Assembly (NCBI GenBank): GCA_019637855.1
Contig: JAHBUX010000008.1
Span: 28,243 to 92,242 of the forward strand
DNA: 64,000 nucleotides
DNA from: Bdellovibrionales bacterium
GTDB taxonomy: Bacteria > Bdellovibrionota > Bdellovibrionia > Bdellovibrionales > UBA1609
Direction: 5' to 3'
Numbering within the stretch: position 1 is the first letter of the stretch; the number at the start of each line of letters is the position of its first letter. Positions 18,197-28,212 of this stretch are shown here, piece by piece. The notes beneath the pieces were generated by a model, which saw only the letters and a list, made by a program, of their open reading frames with translations, was not told the origin of the DNA and did not search any database. A program made the translations under genes and the position numbers.

Positions 18197-19260
18197 TTAC
18201 ATTACACCAATTGTTAAAAGCAGCTGTGAAACAAGGGGCCTCGGATCTGCACATCGTGGCGGGATCACCTCCCGTATTGCGAGTGGATGGGCGCATCGTA
18301 CGCGTGAAATCTCCGGATCTTACGCCCGAGCAATCGCGCGACACCTGTTACTCGATTCTAACCGACGCGCAGAAAAGTCGTTTCGAGGCCACGAAGGAGC
18401 TCGATTTTAGTTTCGGGATCAAAGGTGTTGCGCGCTTCCGTGGTAATTTGTTTTTTCAAAAAGGCCACGTGTCGGGTGTGTTTCGGCGTATCCCGCTTGA
18501 AATTCCTGATCTTGAGGTTCTGGGTCTGCCGAAGATCGTGTCGGACCTGGTGAACTATCCCACCGGATTGGTGTTGGTCACCGGGCCGACCGGTTCCGGA
18601 AAGACGACGACAATTGCGGCTCTGATCGATAAGCTCAATCGCGAACGGCGCAGCCATATCGTGACTCTCGAAGATCCGATCGAATATGTGCACGCGCATA
18701 AATCCTGTATCGTGAATCAACGTGAAGTGGGTGTGGATACGGTCAGCTATCGCTCGGCCTTGAAACACGTTTTGCGGCAGGATCCCGATATCTGTATGAT
18801 GGGGGAGTTGCGCGATCTGGAAACGATCGAAGCGGCGATGAACGTGTGCGAAACCGGTCACTTGGTATTCGCCACTTTGCACACCAACTCCGCCATTTCG
18901 ACAATCACGCGAATGATCAACGTATTTCCCGCCGATCAGCAAGATCGCGTGCGCACGCAGCTTAGCCTTACGCTCAACGCCACTATCAGCCAGCGTCTGA
19001 TCCCAGCCATCAATGGCGGTTTGGTGCCTGCGCTTGAAATCATGATTTTGAATCCCAGCATTCGCAACCTGATTCGCGAAGACAAACTGCACCAAGTTTA
19101 CGGCATGATGCAAGTCGGTCAGGATAAATCGGGCATGATTACCTTGAACCAGTCGCTGCTGAACCTGGTGATGAAACGTAAAGTCGATGTGAGAACCGCT
19201 TTTATGTACACGGCCGATCCGGATGAATTGGACAAGATGTTGAAACAAGCAGGAGTTTAA
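18193..19260 (+). CDS. pilT: twitching motility (retraction) ATPase PilT
   Basis: ASDLHI, GPTGSGKTTT and the AIRNLIRE-like motif (SIRNLIREDK). 355 aa. ATGA overlap with pilB. Confidence 0.9.
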   Translation: MITLHQLLKAAVKQGASDLHIVAGSPPVLRVDGRIVRVKSPDLTPEQSRDTCYSILTDAQKSRFEATKELDFSFGIKGVARFRGNLFFQKGHVSGVFRRIPLEIPDLEVLGLPKIVSDLVNYPTGLVLVTGPTGSGKTTTIAALIDKLNRERRSHIVTLEDPIEYVHAHKSCIVNQREVGVDTVSYRSALKHVLRQDPDICMMGELRDLETIEAAMNVCETGHLVFATLHTNSAISTITRMINVFPADQQDRVRTQLSLTLNATISQRLIPAINGGLVPALEIMILNPSIRNLIREDKLHQVYGMMQVGQDKSGMITLNQSLLNLVMKRKVDVRTAFMYTADPDELDKMLKQAGV

Positions 19261-20478
19261 TTGGCCACGTTTGAATTCCACGCCAAAGCGGAAGACGGTC
19301 GGATCGTTAAAGGCGAGCTCGATGCCGCCAACGAAGCCGAAGCCCGGATTCGTATGCGCGCTCAGCGTTTGACGCCGCTGCGTATGGAAGTCAAACGCAA
19401 GAGTGGTGCCAGCGCAGTGAAGCTTAACCTCTTCGGCGACAGCGTTTCCATGAAGGATCTGCAGGTTTTCACCCGACAATTCGCTGTGCTGGTGGGCGCC
19501 GGTGTTCCTATTGTGCAAAGCCTGGAAGCGATGTCTAAAGGTGCGCGCAGCGCCGGCATGACTAATGTTTTGCAGCAGGTGACGGGAGATGTCGAACGTG
19601 GTCGTCGTTTGGCCGACGCTCTGGCTTCACGCCCGGCGGTTTTTGATCGCTTGTACGTGAACTTGATCAAGGCCGGAGAAGAGGGGGGCGTGCTCGAGAC
19701 GGTTTTGAACCGTCTGGCGGCCTATATCGAGACCACCGTGCGTCTGCGCGGCAAGGTGAAGGGCGCACTGGTATATCCGATCGCCATCGTGATTGTCGCG
19801 ATTGTGGTGATCGCGTTTATTATGATCTTCGTGGTGCCGAAAATGTCGGCCATGTTTACACAGTCTGGCCAAAAGCTTCCTGCTCTCACGCAAATCGTGA
19901 TCAATTGCTCGAACTTCGTGCAGAGCTATTGGTATCTGCTGGTCGCTGTTCTGGTCGCTGTTCCAATGGTGATCAAGCTCTATTACGAAACAGAGAACGG
20001 TCGCAAAACTTGTGATTCGATATTTATTGAAGTTCCTGTGTTCGGCGATTTGATCAAGAAGAGCGCCATCGCGCGTTTTTCGAGAACGTTGTCGACGCTG
20101 CTAGCCTCAGGTGTGCGCATCATCGACGCACTCGAGATCTCTTCGGCCACAACCGGTAACTGGATGATTGAAAAGGCGTTGATCGAAACCAAAGAGGCCG
20201 TTTCGCGCGGTAAGACTTTGGCTGAGCCTCTGACCAAGATTAAGTACTTTCCCAATATGGTGACACAGATGATCTCTATCGGTGAACAAACCGGTAACAT
20301 CGATCAGATGTTGTCCAAAGTGGCCGATTTTTATGAAGACGAAGTCGAGAACGCCACTGACGCTTTGACCAGTTTGATGGAGCCTATTCTGATGGTGGTT
20401 TTGGGCGGTATCATCGCGATCATCGTGGTCGCCATGTATCTGCCGATCTTTAACCTGGCCAACACGATCGGACAGTAA
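19261..20478 (+). CDS. pilC: type IV pilus platform protein PilC (GspF family)
   Basis: The N-terminus MATFEFHAKAEDGRIVKGELDA.. is typical of PilC. Two GspF repeats and three TM segments. TTG start immediately after the pilT stop. Confidence 0.9.
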   Translation: MATFEFHAKAEDGRIVKGELDAANEAEARIRMRAQRLTPLRMEVKRKSGASAVKLNLFGDSVSMKDLQVFTRQFAVLVGAGVPIVQSLEAMSKGARSAGMTNVLQQVTGDVERGRRLADALASRPAVFDRLYVNLIKAGEEGGVLETVLNRLAAYIETTVRLRGKVKGALVYPIAIVIVAIVVIAFIMIFVVPKMSAMFTQSGQKLPALTQIVINCSNFVQSYWYLLVAVLVAVPMVIKLYYETENGRKTCDSIFIEVPVFGDLIKKSAIARFSRTLSTLLASGVRIIDALEISSATTGNWMIEKALIETKEAVSRGKTLAEPLTKIKYFPNMVTQMISIGEQTGNIDQMLSKVADFYEDEVENATDALTSLMEPILMVVLGGIIAIIVVAMYLPIFNLANTIGQ

Positions 20479-22170
20479 ATGAACGTGGTGGAGATCCGGA
20501 ATCGCAACTTGCGGTTGGTTGAACCGCGGACGCTGGAGCACTTCACGCGCCCGTGGCTGCTTGTTCATACCATTCGTACGGCCTTCTTGGTGTGCATTCT
20601 GCTGACCTCGGTGATCTATCAGATCCGTTTGGGCAATTTTCTGAATATCGAGATCTGGCTTCCAGTGTACGCTGTGCTGCTGACTGGTTTTCTGCTGAAT
20701 TCGGTCTATTTGTTCTTCTTCGACCGTCTGCAGGGGCAAGAGTATTGGAACGCGGTCTTGTTCGCGCTCGATACCTTAGCCGTGACTCTATTGATCTATT
20801 TCACCGGTACAGGTCAGTCTTTGTTTCTGTTCTTGTATCTGGTCAATCTCATTTTAGGCAGCTTGGTGTTCAGCAAGGAAGGCGCTTGGATGCTCGCCAT
20901 CTGGACGTCGATCTGTTTTAGCGCGCTTTTGATCCTGTCGCCGGAAATCTCAGGTCAGAGCCTATATTTCTCTTTGGCGGTAAACAATGTGGCTTTTATC
21001 GCGGTCACTTTGCTCAGCGGACGTCTATCGGAGCAGCTCTCGCAAGCCGGCACGCGGTTGCAAGAGGCGCACTCGGACCTGCAAGTTTTGCAGAACCTGA
21101 ACGAGAGTATCGTCAACAACATCACCACCGGTATCGTGGTGGTCAGCCGCACCGGTTTTGTGCAGTTCTTCAATCCACGCGCGAGTTCCATTCTTGAGTC
21201 GGATCACTTCCAGCAAGTTAAGATTCAAGATATTGTTCCTGAACTGCAGTGGCCTTGGGAAGCGCTTATGGAAGACGAAAGCCGCGAGTTCGAACGCCGT
21301 GAGATCCGTATCCAGCGCGACGCGGGCGTGGTGAAAATTCTTGAAGTGGTGGTCACTCGCTTGCGTGATGCGGAAGACAAACTGCGCGGCTGGTTGGTGC
21401 TGTTCGACGACCGCACAGACCAGAAACTCTTGGAAGACAATATGCGCCAGCAAGAGAAATTGGCGGCCGTAGGTCAGCTAGCGGCCGGCATTGCGCACGA
21501 GATCCGTAATCCTCTAGCCAGTATTTCGGGCAGCGTGCAACTGATGATGGCCAATCCGGCCGCGCATAGTGAAGACGACATGAAACTGATGCGTATCGTG
21601 GATAAAGAAATCGATCGCCTCAACGGTCTGATCACGGAGTTTTTAGAGTATGTTCGTCCCGAAAGCCGCGTTAGCACACCGGTAAACTTGAATAATCTGC
21701 TGCGTGAAGTGCTTGAGTCGCTCCAGTTCAATGCAAAGCTACGCAAAGACGTCGAACAGAAGGTCGCGCTGAAAGCGAAGTCAGATATCGCGGGCAACCG
21801 CGACAAGCTCAAGCAAGCCTTGCTCAACTTTGTGATCAATGCTTATCAAGCCATGGACAAAGTGCCGAATCCGATATTCGAAGTCGAAACCCACGACCAA
21901 GACGACCTGGTTGTGCTGATCCTCCGCGACAATGGCTGCGGTATAAAAAAAGAGAACCTCAATCGTATCTTCGAACCTTTTCATACCACCAAGCCGAATG
22001 GCACGGGCCTAGGTCTAGCGGTCACCCATAAAATCCTACAGGCGCACGAGGCGCGGGTTTTGGTCGACAGCGCTGAGGGTGAAGGTACACGTTTTCTGAT
22101 CGAGTTTCCCGCCCTTCGCGATGTCCATACCGAAGACTTGATTCCGCTGAAGCAAGGGACCAAAGGTTGA
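20479..22170 (+). CDS. pilS: PilS-like membrane sensor histidine kinase
   Basis: Six N-terminal TM segments, a PAS-like region, H-box AHEIRNPL and an HATPase domain (DNGCGI, GTGLGL). Located between pilC and pilR. Confidence 0.8.
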   Translation: MNVVEIRNRNLRLVEPRTLEHFTRPWLLVHTIRTAFLVCILLTSVIYQIRLGNFLNIEIWLPVYAVLLTGFLLNSVYLFFFDRLQGQEYWNAVLFALDTLAVTLLIYFTGTGQSLFLFLYLVNLILGSLVFSKEGAWMLAIWTSICFSALLILSPEISGQSLYFSLAVNNVAFIAVTLLSGRLSEQLSQAGTRLQEAHSDLQVLQNLNESIVNNITTGIVVVSRTGFVQFFNPRASSILESDHFQQVKIQDIVPELQWPWEALMEDESREFERREIRIQRDAGVVKILEVVVTRLRDAEDKLRGWLVLFDDRTDQKLLEDNMRQQEKLAAVGQLAAGIAHEIRNPLASISGSVQLMMANPAAHSEDDMKLMRIVDKEIDRLNGLITEFLEYVRPESRVSTPVNLNNLLREVLESLQFNAKLRKDVEQKVALKAKSDIAGNRDKLKQALLNFVINAYQAMDKVPNPIFEVETHDQDDLVVLILRDNGCGIKKENLNRIFEPFHTTKPNGTGLGLAVTHKILQAHEARVLVDSAEGEGTRFLIEFPALRDVHTEDLIPLKQGTKG

Positions 22171-22219
22171 GAAACACTAGAAATATCGTGAAAATATTTA
22201 AAGAAGCAGAGGTACATCT

Positions 22220-23632
22220 ATGAAATCACGCGTCTTGGTCGTTGATGACGAAGAATCAATCCGCGAGTTTTTGGAAATCATGTTGCGCAAAGAAGGCTTT
22301 GAAGTCACCTGCGCCGAAGACGGACAGAAGGCTTTGGAGACGATCAAAAAGAAGTCCTTCGACTTAGTGATCTCGGATTTGCAGATGCCCAACATGACGG
22401 GTATCGAGCTTCTGCGCCATGTGAAAGATCAGTATCCCGATATCCTGTTCATGATGATCACGGCTTTCGGTACGACCGAGACCGCTGTTGAAGCCATGAA
22501 GCTCGGCGCTTACGACTACATCACTAAGCCGTTCAAAATCGACGAAGTGCGCATCAACATCAACAACGCCCTTCGCTCGAAGAACCTCGAGGTAGAAAAC
22601 CGCACGCTCAAGAAAGAGCTGACCAAAGAGTACTCCTTCCAGAATCTGGTCGGTAACTCGGAGAACATGCATCGCATTTATGAGATGATCCGTCGCGTTT
22701 CGCAAACTCCCACCAACGTTTTGATCACGGGAGAAAGCGGTACCGGTAAAGAGATGGTGGCCAAAGCGATCCACTTCAACGGTCCTCTTAAAGATAAACC
22801 GTTTGTTACGATTAACTGCGGTGCCATTCCCGAATCTCTGATGGAATCAGAGATGTTCGGTCATAAAAAAGGTTCCTTCACCGGCGCTGTGGCTGACAAA
22901 GCCGGTCTGTTTGAAGTCGCGGATGGCGGAACGCTGTTCTTGGACGAAGTCGGTGAATTGCCCCTGACCATTCAGGTGAAACTCTTGCGTGCCATTCAGG
23001 AGCGCGTGATCCGTCGCGTGGGCGGCACTGAAGACATGAAAGTGGATGTGCGCATTATCGCCGCCACCAACCGCGATCTGGAAGATATGGTGAAAAAGGG
23101 CGGTTTCCGCCAAGATTTGTTTTACCGTTTGAACGTAATCAACATCCGTACGCCCGGCTTGCGCGAGCGCCCCGAAGACATTGCTCTGTTAGCCAATCAC
23201 TTCTTGAAGAAATACAACGATCGTTTGAGCAAAAGCATCGGCGGTATCAGCGCCGAAGCCATGGACATGCTCAAGAAGTACGATTACCCCGGAAACGTGC
23301 GGGAGCTCGAGAACATCATCGAGCGCACCGTGGCCTTGGAAGGCGGAGCGACCATTTTGCCCGAGAGCTTACCGCCTTTCGTGAACACTCCGTCGGGTCG
23401 CAAGATGGCCTCCACTCATGAGATCCAAGTGACTGAAGAAGGTCTGGATCTAGACAAGGTGATGGGTCAGATTGAAAAAGAGCTTCTGATCAAAGCCATC
23501 CACGCTGCCGGCGGCGTGAAGAAAAAAGCGGCCAAACTTCTGAGCATCACTTTCCGCTCTATGCGCTACCGCGTAGAAAAATACAGCCTCGGTTCACTGG
23601 GAGATGACGATCTCGAAGATGAGTCGGCGTAA
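22220..23632 (+). CDS. pilR: PilR-like sigma-54-dependent response regulator
   Basis: REC domain ([14 protein letters not shown]), GESGTGKE, the GAFTGA-class loop (HKKGSFTGA) and a C-terminal HTH. Confidence 0.85.
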   Translation: MKSRVLVVDDEESIREFLEIMLRKEGFEVTCAEDGQKALETIKKKSFDLVISDLQMPNMTGIELLRHVKDQYPDILFMMITAFGTTETAVEAMKLGAYDYITKPFKIDEVRININNALRSKNLEVENRTLKKELTKEYSFQNLVGNSENMHRIYEMIRRVSQTPTNVLITGESGTGKEMVAKAIHFNGPLKDKPFVTINCGAIPESLMESEMFGHKKGSFTGAVADKAGLFEVADGGTLFLDEVGELPLTIQVKLLRAIQERVIRRVGGTEDMKVDVRIIAATNRDLEDMVKKGGFRQDLFYRLNVINIRTPGLRERPEDIALLANHFLKKYNDRLSKSIGGISAEAMDMLKKYDYPGNVRELENIIERTVALEGGATILPESLPPFVNTPSGRKMASTHEIQVTEEGLDLDKVMGQIEKELLIKAIHAAGGVKKKAAKLLSITFRSMRYRVEKYSLGSLGDDDLEDESA

Positions 23633-24437
23633 AAGGTACCAGCTTCCTTTCTGGCATGCAGGGCGTAATCTAGGATTCGCCCTGTTTTTATTTTGGCGGT
23701 CGGTAACAGCGGCCGCTCCCTCCGCCACATTCAATCGCTATCATTGTCTGCGTGACTTGATGCCCATCACTGAACGCGGCGTTTTTATCAATCAAAGGAA
23801 GGGCGTCGAAGATCCTTTCGTGGTCAACAATCGTCATCTCGTTTTTCCTGAGGTGGAGAGCGGCGAAGTCATTGGCTTTTATGTCTACGACGAAACTGGC
23901 GCCTGGCATTACGACGCCGTTGAAAGCAAAGACGGTAAACAGCTGATCAAAGATTTAAAGTTCGACAGCAGCCAGGGAATTCTAGAACTGGTGGCACAGC
24001 CCAAAGGCCTTGAAACTTTCAGCATGACCTATCTTCCAGGATTTAATCCAAAAGAACCCGATCAAGGCGGGTCGGTGATGTTAGGGTCGAGCGTCCTCCC
24101 GGTCGTGGGAGCGATGATCTCCAGACCACTACCCCCAAAGAATGCCTTCAACAACCCAGCCACTGCTTACGAGAGCGACTTGCGGCGCTGGATGTCCAAA
24201 CACTCATCCGGTCGGTTTCCCGCCGATGACAAGAAGGCGGAGATCAAAAAGACCATGCGTCGTCTCTCATTATCCGGCCGTGGGGACGCCTGGGCACCGC
24301 TCGACAATGAACTCAAATTGCGTCAGCAATGGATTCGCACGCATAATTTGGACGAGCAAGCCTTTCGCAGTTTCACCCGCATTATGGACGGCAGCTGCAA
24401 ACGTCAGGGACAAGTCCAAAGCTCATCGCAGAAATAA
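23619..24437 (+). CDS. hypothetical secreted protein
   Basis: ORF with a basic, hydrophobic N-terminus ([32 protein letters not shown]). No motif recognised. It occupies the slot where pilA sits in related pil clusters. Its 3' end overlaps the egtD 3' end by 34 nt. Confidence 0.45.
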   Translation: MSRRKRYQLPFWHAGRNLGFALFLFWRSVTAAAPSATFNRYHCLRDLMPITERGVFINQRKGVEDPFVVNNRHLVFPEVESGEVIGFYVYDETGAWHYDAVESKDGKQLIKDLKFDSSQGILELVAQPKGLETFSMTYLPGFNPKEPDQGGSVMLGSSVLPVVGAMISRPLPPKNAFNNPATAYESDLRRWMSKHSSGRFPADDKKAEIKKTMRRLSLSGRGDAWAPLDNELKLRQQWIRTHNLDEQAFRSFTRIMDGSCKRQGQVQSSSQK

Positions 24438-25378
24438 CCCCGATAGTCCGTGAAGCTGGCCAACCGGGTGAATCCCGTCGTATGCGCCAGTGCTTTGATG
24501 TCGCGCGGAGAGAACTTCCATGACGTTTCCGTATGAATGGCTTCAAAGGCATCGAGGTGCAAAGACATGTTCAAATTACGTAAGTGTACGCTTTGTTCTT
24601 CTAACGATAAAAGCCAACTCTCCATCGCACCGGTCGAGGGATTGTAGACGGCCACATGCTTGAAGCGGTTGGGATTGAAATCGGCATGCACTTCGCGATT
24701 CAAACGTTCCAGCAGATTCATGTTGAAAGCGCGGGTCACGCCCTTGGAATCGTCGTAGGCTTTCTGCAAGACGGCGGGGTCTTTCTTCAGATCTAAGCCT
24801 AAAAGAAGGCGATCGCCCGAATGCAATTTCTCGCACAGGCTATCTAAGAAGACACGCTGCTCGTCGGGCGTAAAGTTGCCTAGACTTGAACCCAGATAAA
24901 GCACCAGGTTTCGCTCCTTGGGATCAATAGGGAGTTTTTCAAATTCACGTTCTATATCCATCACGGCGGGCTCGATGCGCAGATCGGGAAGGCTTTCATG
25001 CAAGCGGGCTTGCAAGTCATCTAAAGCCTGCGCGGAGATATCGACAGGGCGATAGTTTACCGCCACACCTTTGTCTCGAGCGGCCTTCAGCAGATGTAAA
25101 GTTTTGCGTCCGTCGCCGGCGCCAAGTTCGACGAGGTTCAGATATTTCGGAACTCCGCAGTCGGTCAGAATATCGCGCGCATGTCTGTGCAGGATTTCGC
25201 TTTCGCAGGCGGTGGGATAGTACTCTTCAAGATCGGTGATGCGTTCAAACAAGCGGCTGCCTCGATCGTCGTAGAAATACTTAGAAGGAATGCGGCGCGG
25301 GCGCTCGTCCAAGGCCTGCATCAAATCGTAGTGCGGATGTTTTTCTAGAGTGCTAAGCGGATACCTGAAAACTGCCAT
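24404..25378 (-). CDS. egtD: L-histidine N-alpha-methyltransferase EgtD
   Basis: IPSKYFYDDRGSRLFERITDLEEYYPTACE and the SAM-binding LVELGAGDGRKT are typical of EgtD. I chose the internal ATG at 25378; the longer ORF extension is Arg-rich. Confidence 0.85.
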   Translation of the reverse strand: MAVFRYPLSTLEKHPHYDLMQALDERPRRIPSKYFYDDRGSRLFERITDLEEYYPTACESEILHRHARDILTDCGVPKYLNLVELGAGDGRKTLHLLKAARDKGVAVNYRPVDISAQALDDLQARLHESLPDLRIEPAVMDIEREFEKLPIDPKERNLVLYLGSSLGNFTPDEQRVFLDSLCEKLHSGDRLLLGLDLKKDPAVLQKAYDDSKGVTRAFNMNLLERLNREVHADFNPNRFKHVAVYNPSTGAMESWLLSLEEQSVHLRNLNMSLHLDAFEAIHTETSWKFSPRDIKALAHTTGFTRLASFTDYRGYFCDELWTCP

Positions 25379-26496
25379 CTCATCTCCGGATAAAAGAAGT
25401 TGCGGTAAGTGGAACGATAATGTGACTCGGGAGTGGCGAAGCAGCCGCCCCGTAAAACCATTTGGCCAACCATGAATTTGCCGTTGTATTCGGCGAAGGC
25501 GCCGGCAAATGGCCGATAGCCGGGGTAGGCAAGATACGCACTCTGTGTCCATTGCCACAAAGGTGCGCGCGGTTGATCGCCGAAAGCTGCCTCCCATTCA
25601 AACTCCGTAGGCAAACGCGCGTTCTTCCAGCGTGCAAATGCGTCGGCTTCATAGTAGCTGACATGAGCGACCGGCCGTCGCGCGGCAAGAGTTTGCATAC
25701 CCCCGAGGGTGTATTCTTGCCACCCCTCACGCGTGTTGCGCCAATAGAGCGGATGGCGAACGGAGTTCTCTCGCACCCAGCGCCAGCCATCCGACAACCA
25801 GTGTTTGGCCTGTGTATAACCGCCGTCTTCAACAAAGGCGAGGTATTCACCATTGCTAACTAGATCCTTACGGATCTTGAAATCTTGAAGCAGAACCTGG
25901 TGGCGAGGTGATTCGTTGTCGAAGGCGAATTCATCACCGCTTTTGCCGACGGAATATATGCCGCCCGGAACACTCAGCCACTCTTCAGCGACGCTGTCCT
26001 CGTACTCGTTGAAAGCTTGCGCGGCGCTATAGGCCGGATGCGCCGGCTGTTCAAACAAAATTGATTTAATATCCATGAGCAATAGTTCTTGGTGCTGCTG
26101 CTCATGTTGCAAGCCGAGCTCGAGGATGCGTCGCCACGCGGGCTCGTCGGAGCGATCACTGATCAATAGCGACGCTTCATACATGCGCCCGTCGACATGT
26201 GCGCGGTAGGCGTGCACCTCATCCAGAGTCGGGCGCGAAAGCACACCTCGCCGTCCTTGTTCAATGTGTCGCCCCTGACTCTCATAGTAAGAGTTGAAGA
26301 CGTAGGGGAAGCGCGTATCGAACACGTCCATATTGAAAAACTGGCGCAGGCAGAATGTTTCGAAAAACCAAGTGGTATGCCCTAGGTGCCATTTGGGAGG
26401 GCTGACGAAAGGAAACGGCTGCACCGCATGGTCTTCTGTCTCCAGATTGGCGCACAACTGCAAGCTTTGCTCGCGTACAGATTCGTACAGGCGCAC
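25345..26496 (-). CDS. egtB: hercynine/sulfoxide synthase EgtB (DinB_2 + FGE-sulfatase domains)
   Basis: N-terminal DinB-like His motifs (WHLGHTTWFFE, HEQQHQELL). The C-terminal FGE-type domain carries RGGCFATPESHYRSTYRNFFYP. GTG start with a GGAGGAAG SD. Confidence 0.85.
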   Translation of the reverse strand: MRLYESVREQSLQLCANLETEDHAVQPFPFVSPPKWHLGHTTWFFETFCLRQFFNMDVFDTRFPYVFNSYYESQGRHIEQGRRGVLSRPTLDEVHAYRAHVDGRMYEASLLISDRSDEPAWRRILELGLQHEQQHQELLLMDIKSILFEQPAHPAYSAAQAFNEYEDSVAEEWLSVPGGIYSVGKSGDEFAFDNESPRHQVLLQDFKIRKDLVSNGEYLAFVEDGGYTQAKHWLSDGWRWVRENSVRHPLYWRNTREGWQEYTLGGMQTLAARRPVAHVSYYEADAFARWKNARLPTEFEWEAAFGDQPRAPLWQWTQSAYLAYPGYRPFAGAFAEYNGKFMVGQMVLRGGCFATPESHYRSTYRNFFYPEMRWQFSGIRLAL

Positions 26497-26577
26497 GGTT
26501 TCTTCCTCCTTCAGTGACTTTAAGACTAAGCAACCGGCGGGCCGAAGTGAGGCGCGAGTGTGCGCAAGATAAGGTGG

Positions 26578-26597
26578 AAAAAATCCCCTCTACGGGG
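26578..26597 (-). terminator. weak rho-independent terminator candidate after the YihY-family gene
   Basis: On the minus strand, CCCC-gtaga-GGGG is followed by TTTTTT, starting 13 nt after the stop. Confidence 0.35.
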
Positions 26598-26609
26598 CGA
26601 AAAGCCGTC

Positions 26610-27437
26610 TTAGGCGGGACTTTGCGAGCGTACGAGCAACGAGCTCACTTGCGCGCCGATAAAGGTGATCAGCGTCGAATAGTAAACCCACACCAACAAA
26701 ACAATCAGTGAGCCGGCCGCGCCATAGGGCGAACCGATGGCACTTTTGCCGAGGTAAAGACCGATCAATTCTTTGCCCACCACAAAAAGAGCGGCGGTCA
26801 AAATGCCGCCTTGAATGGCTTGGCGCCAGGGTTGATGGCGGTCGGGCAAGTAGCGGAACACCAGTGTGAACATCGCGGCAAAGAAGGCAAAGCTGGCGCA
26901 CACATTCACCAGGTAGGCGAAGTCGCGTTGCCCGCCTTCGAGAGTGGCGGATAGAACGCTTGAGGCCAGCAGAGAAATTATCAGGCACAGAATCCCAATG
27001 AGCGCCAAAGCGATATGAGTCAAACGGTCGCGTAGGAATTGCCATAGAATAGCCAACCCACCGGAGGCCATGGGCGGCTCTTGAATACCAAAAATGCGAT
27101 TCAAAGCCGTGCGCAGCTGACCAAAGATCAAGCTGGCTGAGATCAACAAAGTGCTAGCCCCCAGAATTCCTGCTAATGACGTCAGATCGGCACGCGATTT
27201 TGCACTTTCGATCACGATGCCTAAGGCTTGCGCCGCTTCGCCACCCATCAGACTATGAGCGCCGCTCAAGAACTCGGCCTGCAGGTGATCGTCGAGGTGC
27301 GCTGATATAGCAACAAACAGAATCAGCAAGGGCGCGAGAGAAAGAGCCGTGTAAAACGCCAGCGATGCGGCCAAGGTGGTCGTCTCGTCCTTGAAAAACT
27401 TATCAAAGAAACTGGTTATAATCTGCTTAGCGCTCAT
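26610..27437 (-). CDS. YihY/BrkB-family (ribonuclease BN-like) inner membrane protein
   Basis: LAASLAFYTALSLAPLLILFVAI and six hydrophobic segments, with the typical family N-terminus. The start could instead be at 27488. Confidence 0.75.
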   Translation of the reverse strand: MSAKQIITSFFDKFFKDETTTLAASLAFYTALSLAPLLILFVAISAHLDDHLQAEFLSGAHSLMGGEAAQALGIVIESAKSRADLTSLAGILGASTLLISASLIFGQLRTALNRIFGIQEPPMASGGLAILWQFLRDRLTHIALALIGILCLIISLLASSVLSATLEGGQRDFAYLVNVCASFAFFAAMFTLVFRYLPDRHQPWRQAIQGGILTAALFVVGKELIGLYLGKSAIGSPYGAAGSLIVLLVWVYYSTLITFIGAQVSSLLVRSQSPA

Positions 27438-27494
27438 AGGAGTTGCCACCTGCAACTTGTGCACCGCTCGTTGCGGTGCCGCCATCACCGCAGG

Positions 27495-27929
27495 CTAGAC
27501 GGAGCCTGGCTTCCTTAGCATTTTTTCGACCTCAGCAATATGCATCTCTTCTTCAGTGATCATCTGACGAGCGTATTCCTCCAGGAAAATCACGTCGTCC
27601 TTGGTCAGGTCGAGAAGCTTCTTGTAGTTTCCGCATTGCTCGGTCTCATGTGCCAGACTCTCACGGAGGATGTCATCGATGCCGTGTTTGTGACTTTCCA
27701 GGAGCTTGGAGATTTTTAATGAGGGATGACCGCCGAGCGTGGAGATGTGCTCTCCGGCCTGACTGGCGTGGGTCAGCGATTCTGTAGCCTGATCACGCAA
27801 CCAACCCACAATCGGAATGCGGTTGTGGCCGAAGACCATAAGAGAATAGTGCGTGTAGCGAACCACACCCGCCAGTTCATGTTCGAGGATCGTATTCAGG
27901 ATTTCTACGATTTTGGTTTTGTCAGCCAT
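27495..27929 (-). CDS. ferritin-like di-iron protein (bacterioferritin family, apparently without the haem Met)
   Basis: Four-helix-bundle ligand pattern: E in HELAG, ExxH in ESLTHA, E in HETE, ExxH in EEEMH. 144 aa. Confidence 0.7.
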   Translation of the reverse strand: MADKTKIVEILNTILEHELAGVVRYTHYSLMVFGHNRIPIVGWLRDQATESLTHASQAGEHISTLGGHPSLKISKLLESHKHGIDDILRESLAHETEQCGNYKKLLDLTKDDVIFLEEYARQMITEEEMHIAEVEKMLRKPGSV

Positions 27930-27930
27930 T

Positions 27931-28185
27931 TTACTTGCTCCCTAACTGTTTGCATTTGTAAAGCGCGCAAGGACTGTGGTCCGTGCCGCGCACCTTCGCT
28001 TCGCAACGTTCGATCGCATCGGTGAGGGCGTCGAGCTCCGTACGCCCGTAACCGTAGCCTGGTTTCACCGCCAGGCGAGCCTCACCGCCGGTCACGGTCG
28101 AAACCGCGACACAACGGAACTGCATCGTTTCGGCCTGTGCACCCAGTGTCATCAGGCCTATGAAAATCCCCAATACCCCTCGCAC
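27931..28185 (-). CDS. small secreted 4-Cys protein (DUF4189-like pattern)
   Basis: Signal peptide MRGVLGIFIGLMTLGAQA. The mature part has the pattern C..S..G..YG...A...AI.RC-x10-C-x4-C. It is a paralogue of 30980..31300. GTG start with an AAGGGG SD. Confidence 0.55.
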   Translation of the reverse strand: MRGVLGIFIGLMTLGAQAETMQFRCVAVSTVTGGEARLAVKPGYGYGRTELDALTDAIERCEAKVRGTDHSPCALYKCKQLGSK

Positions 28186-28212
28186 TTTTCCCCTTAAAGT
28201 GTCGTCCTACCC

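Noticed and set aside
18358-19518. 386-aa minus-strand ORF
   Set aside because: It lies entirely antisense to pilT and the pilC start, which carry unmistakable motifs. Its translation is His/Arg/Gln-rich with no motif. This is a typical shadow ORF in GC-rich coding DNA.
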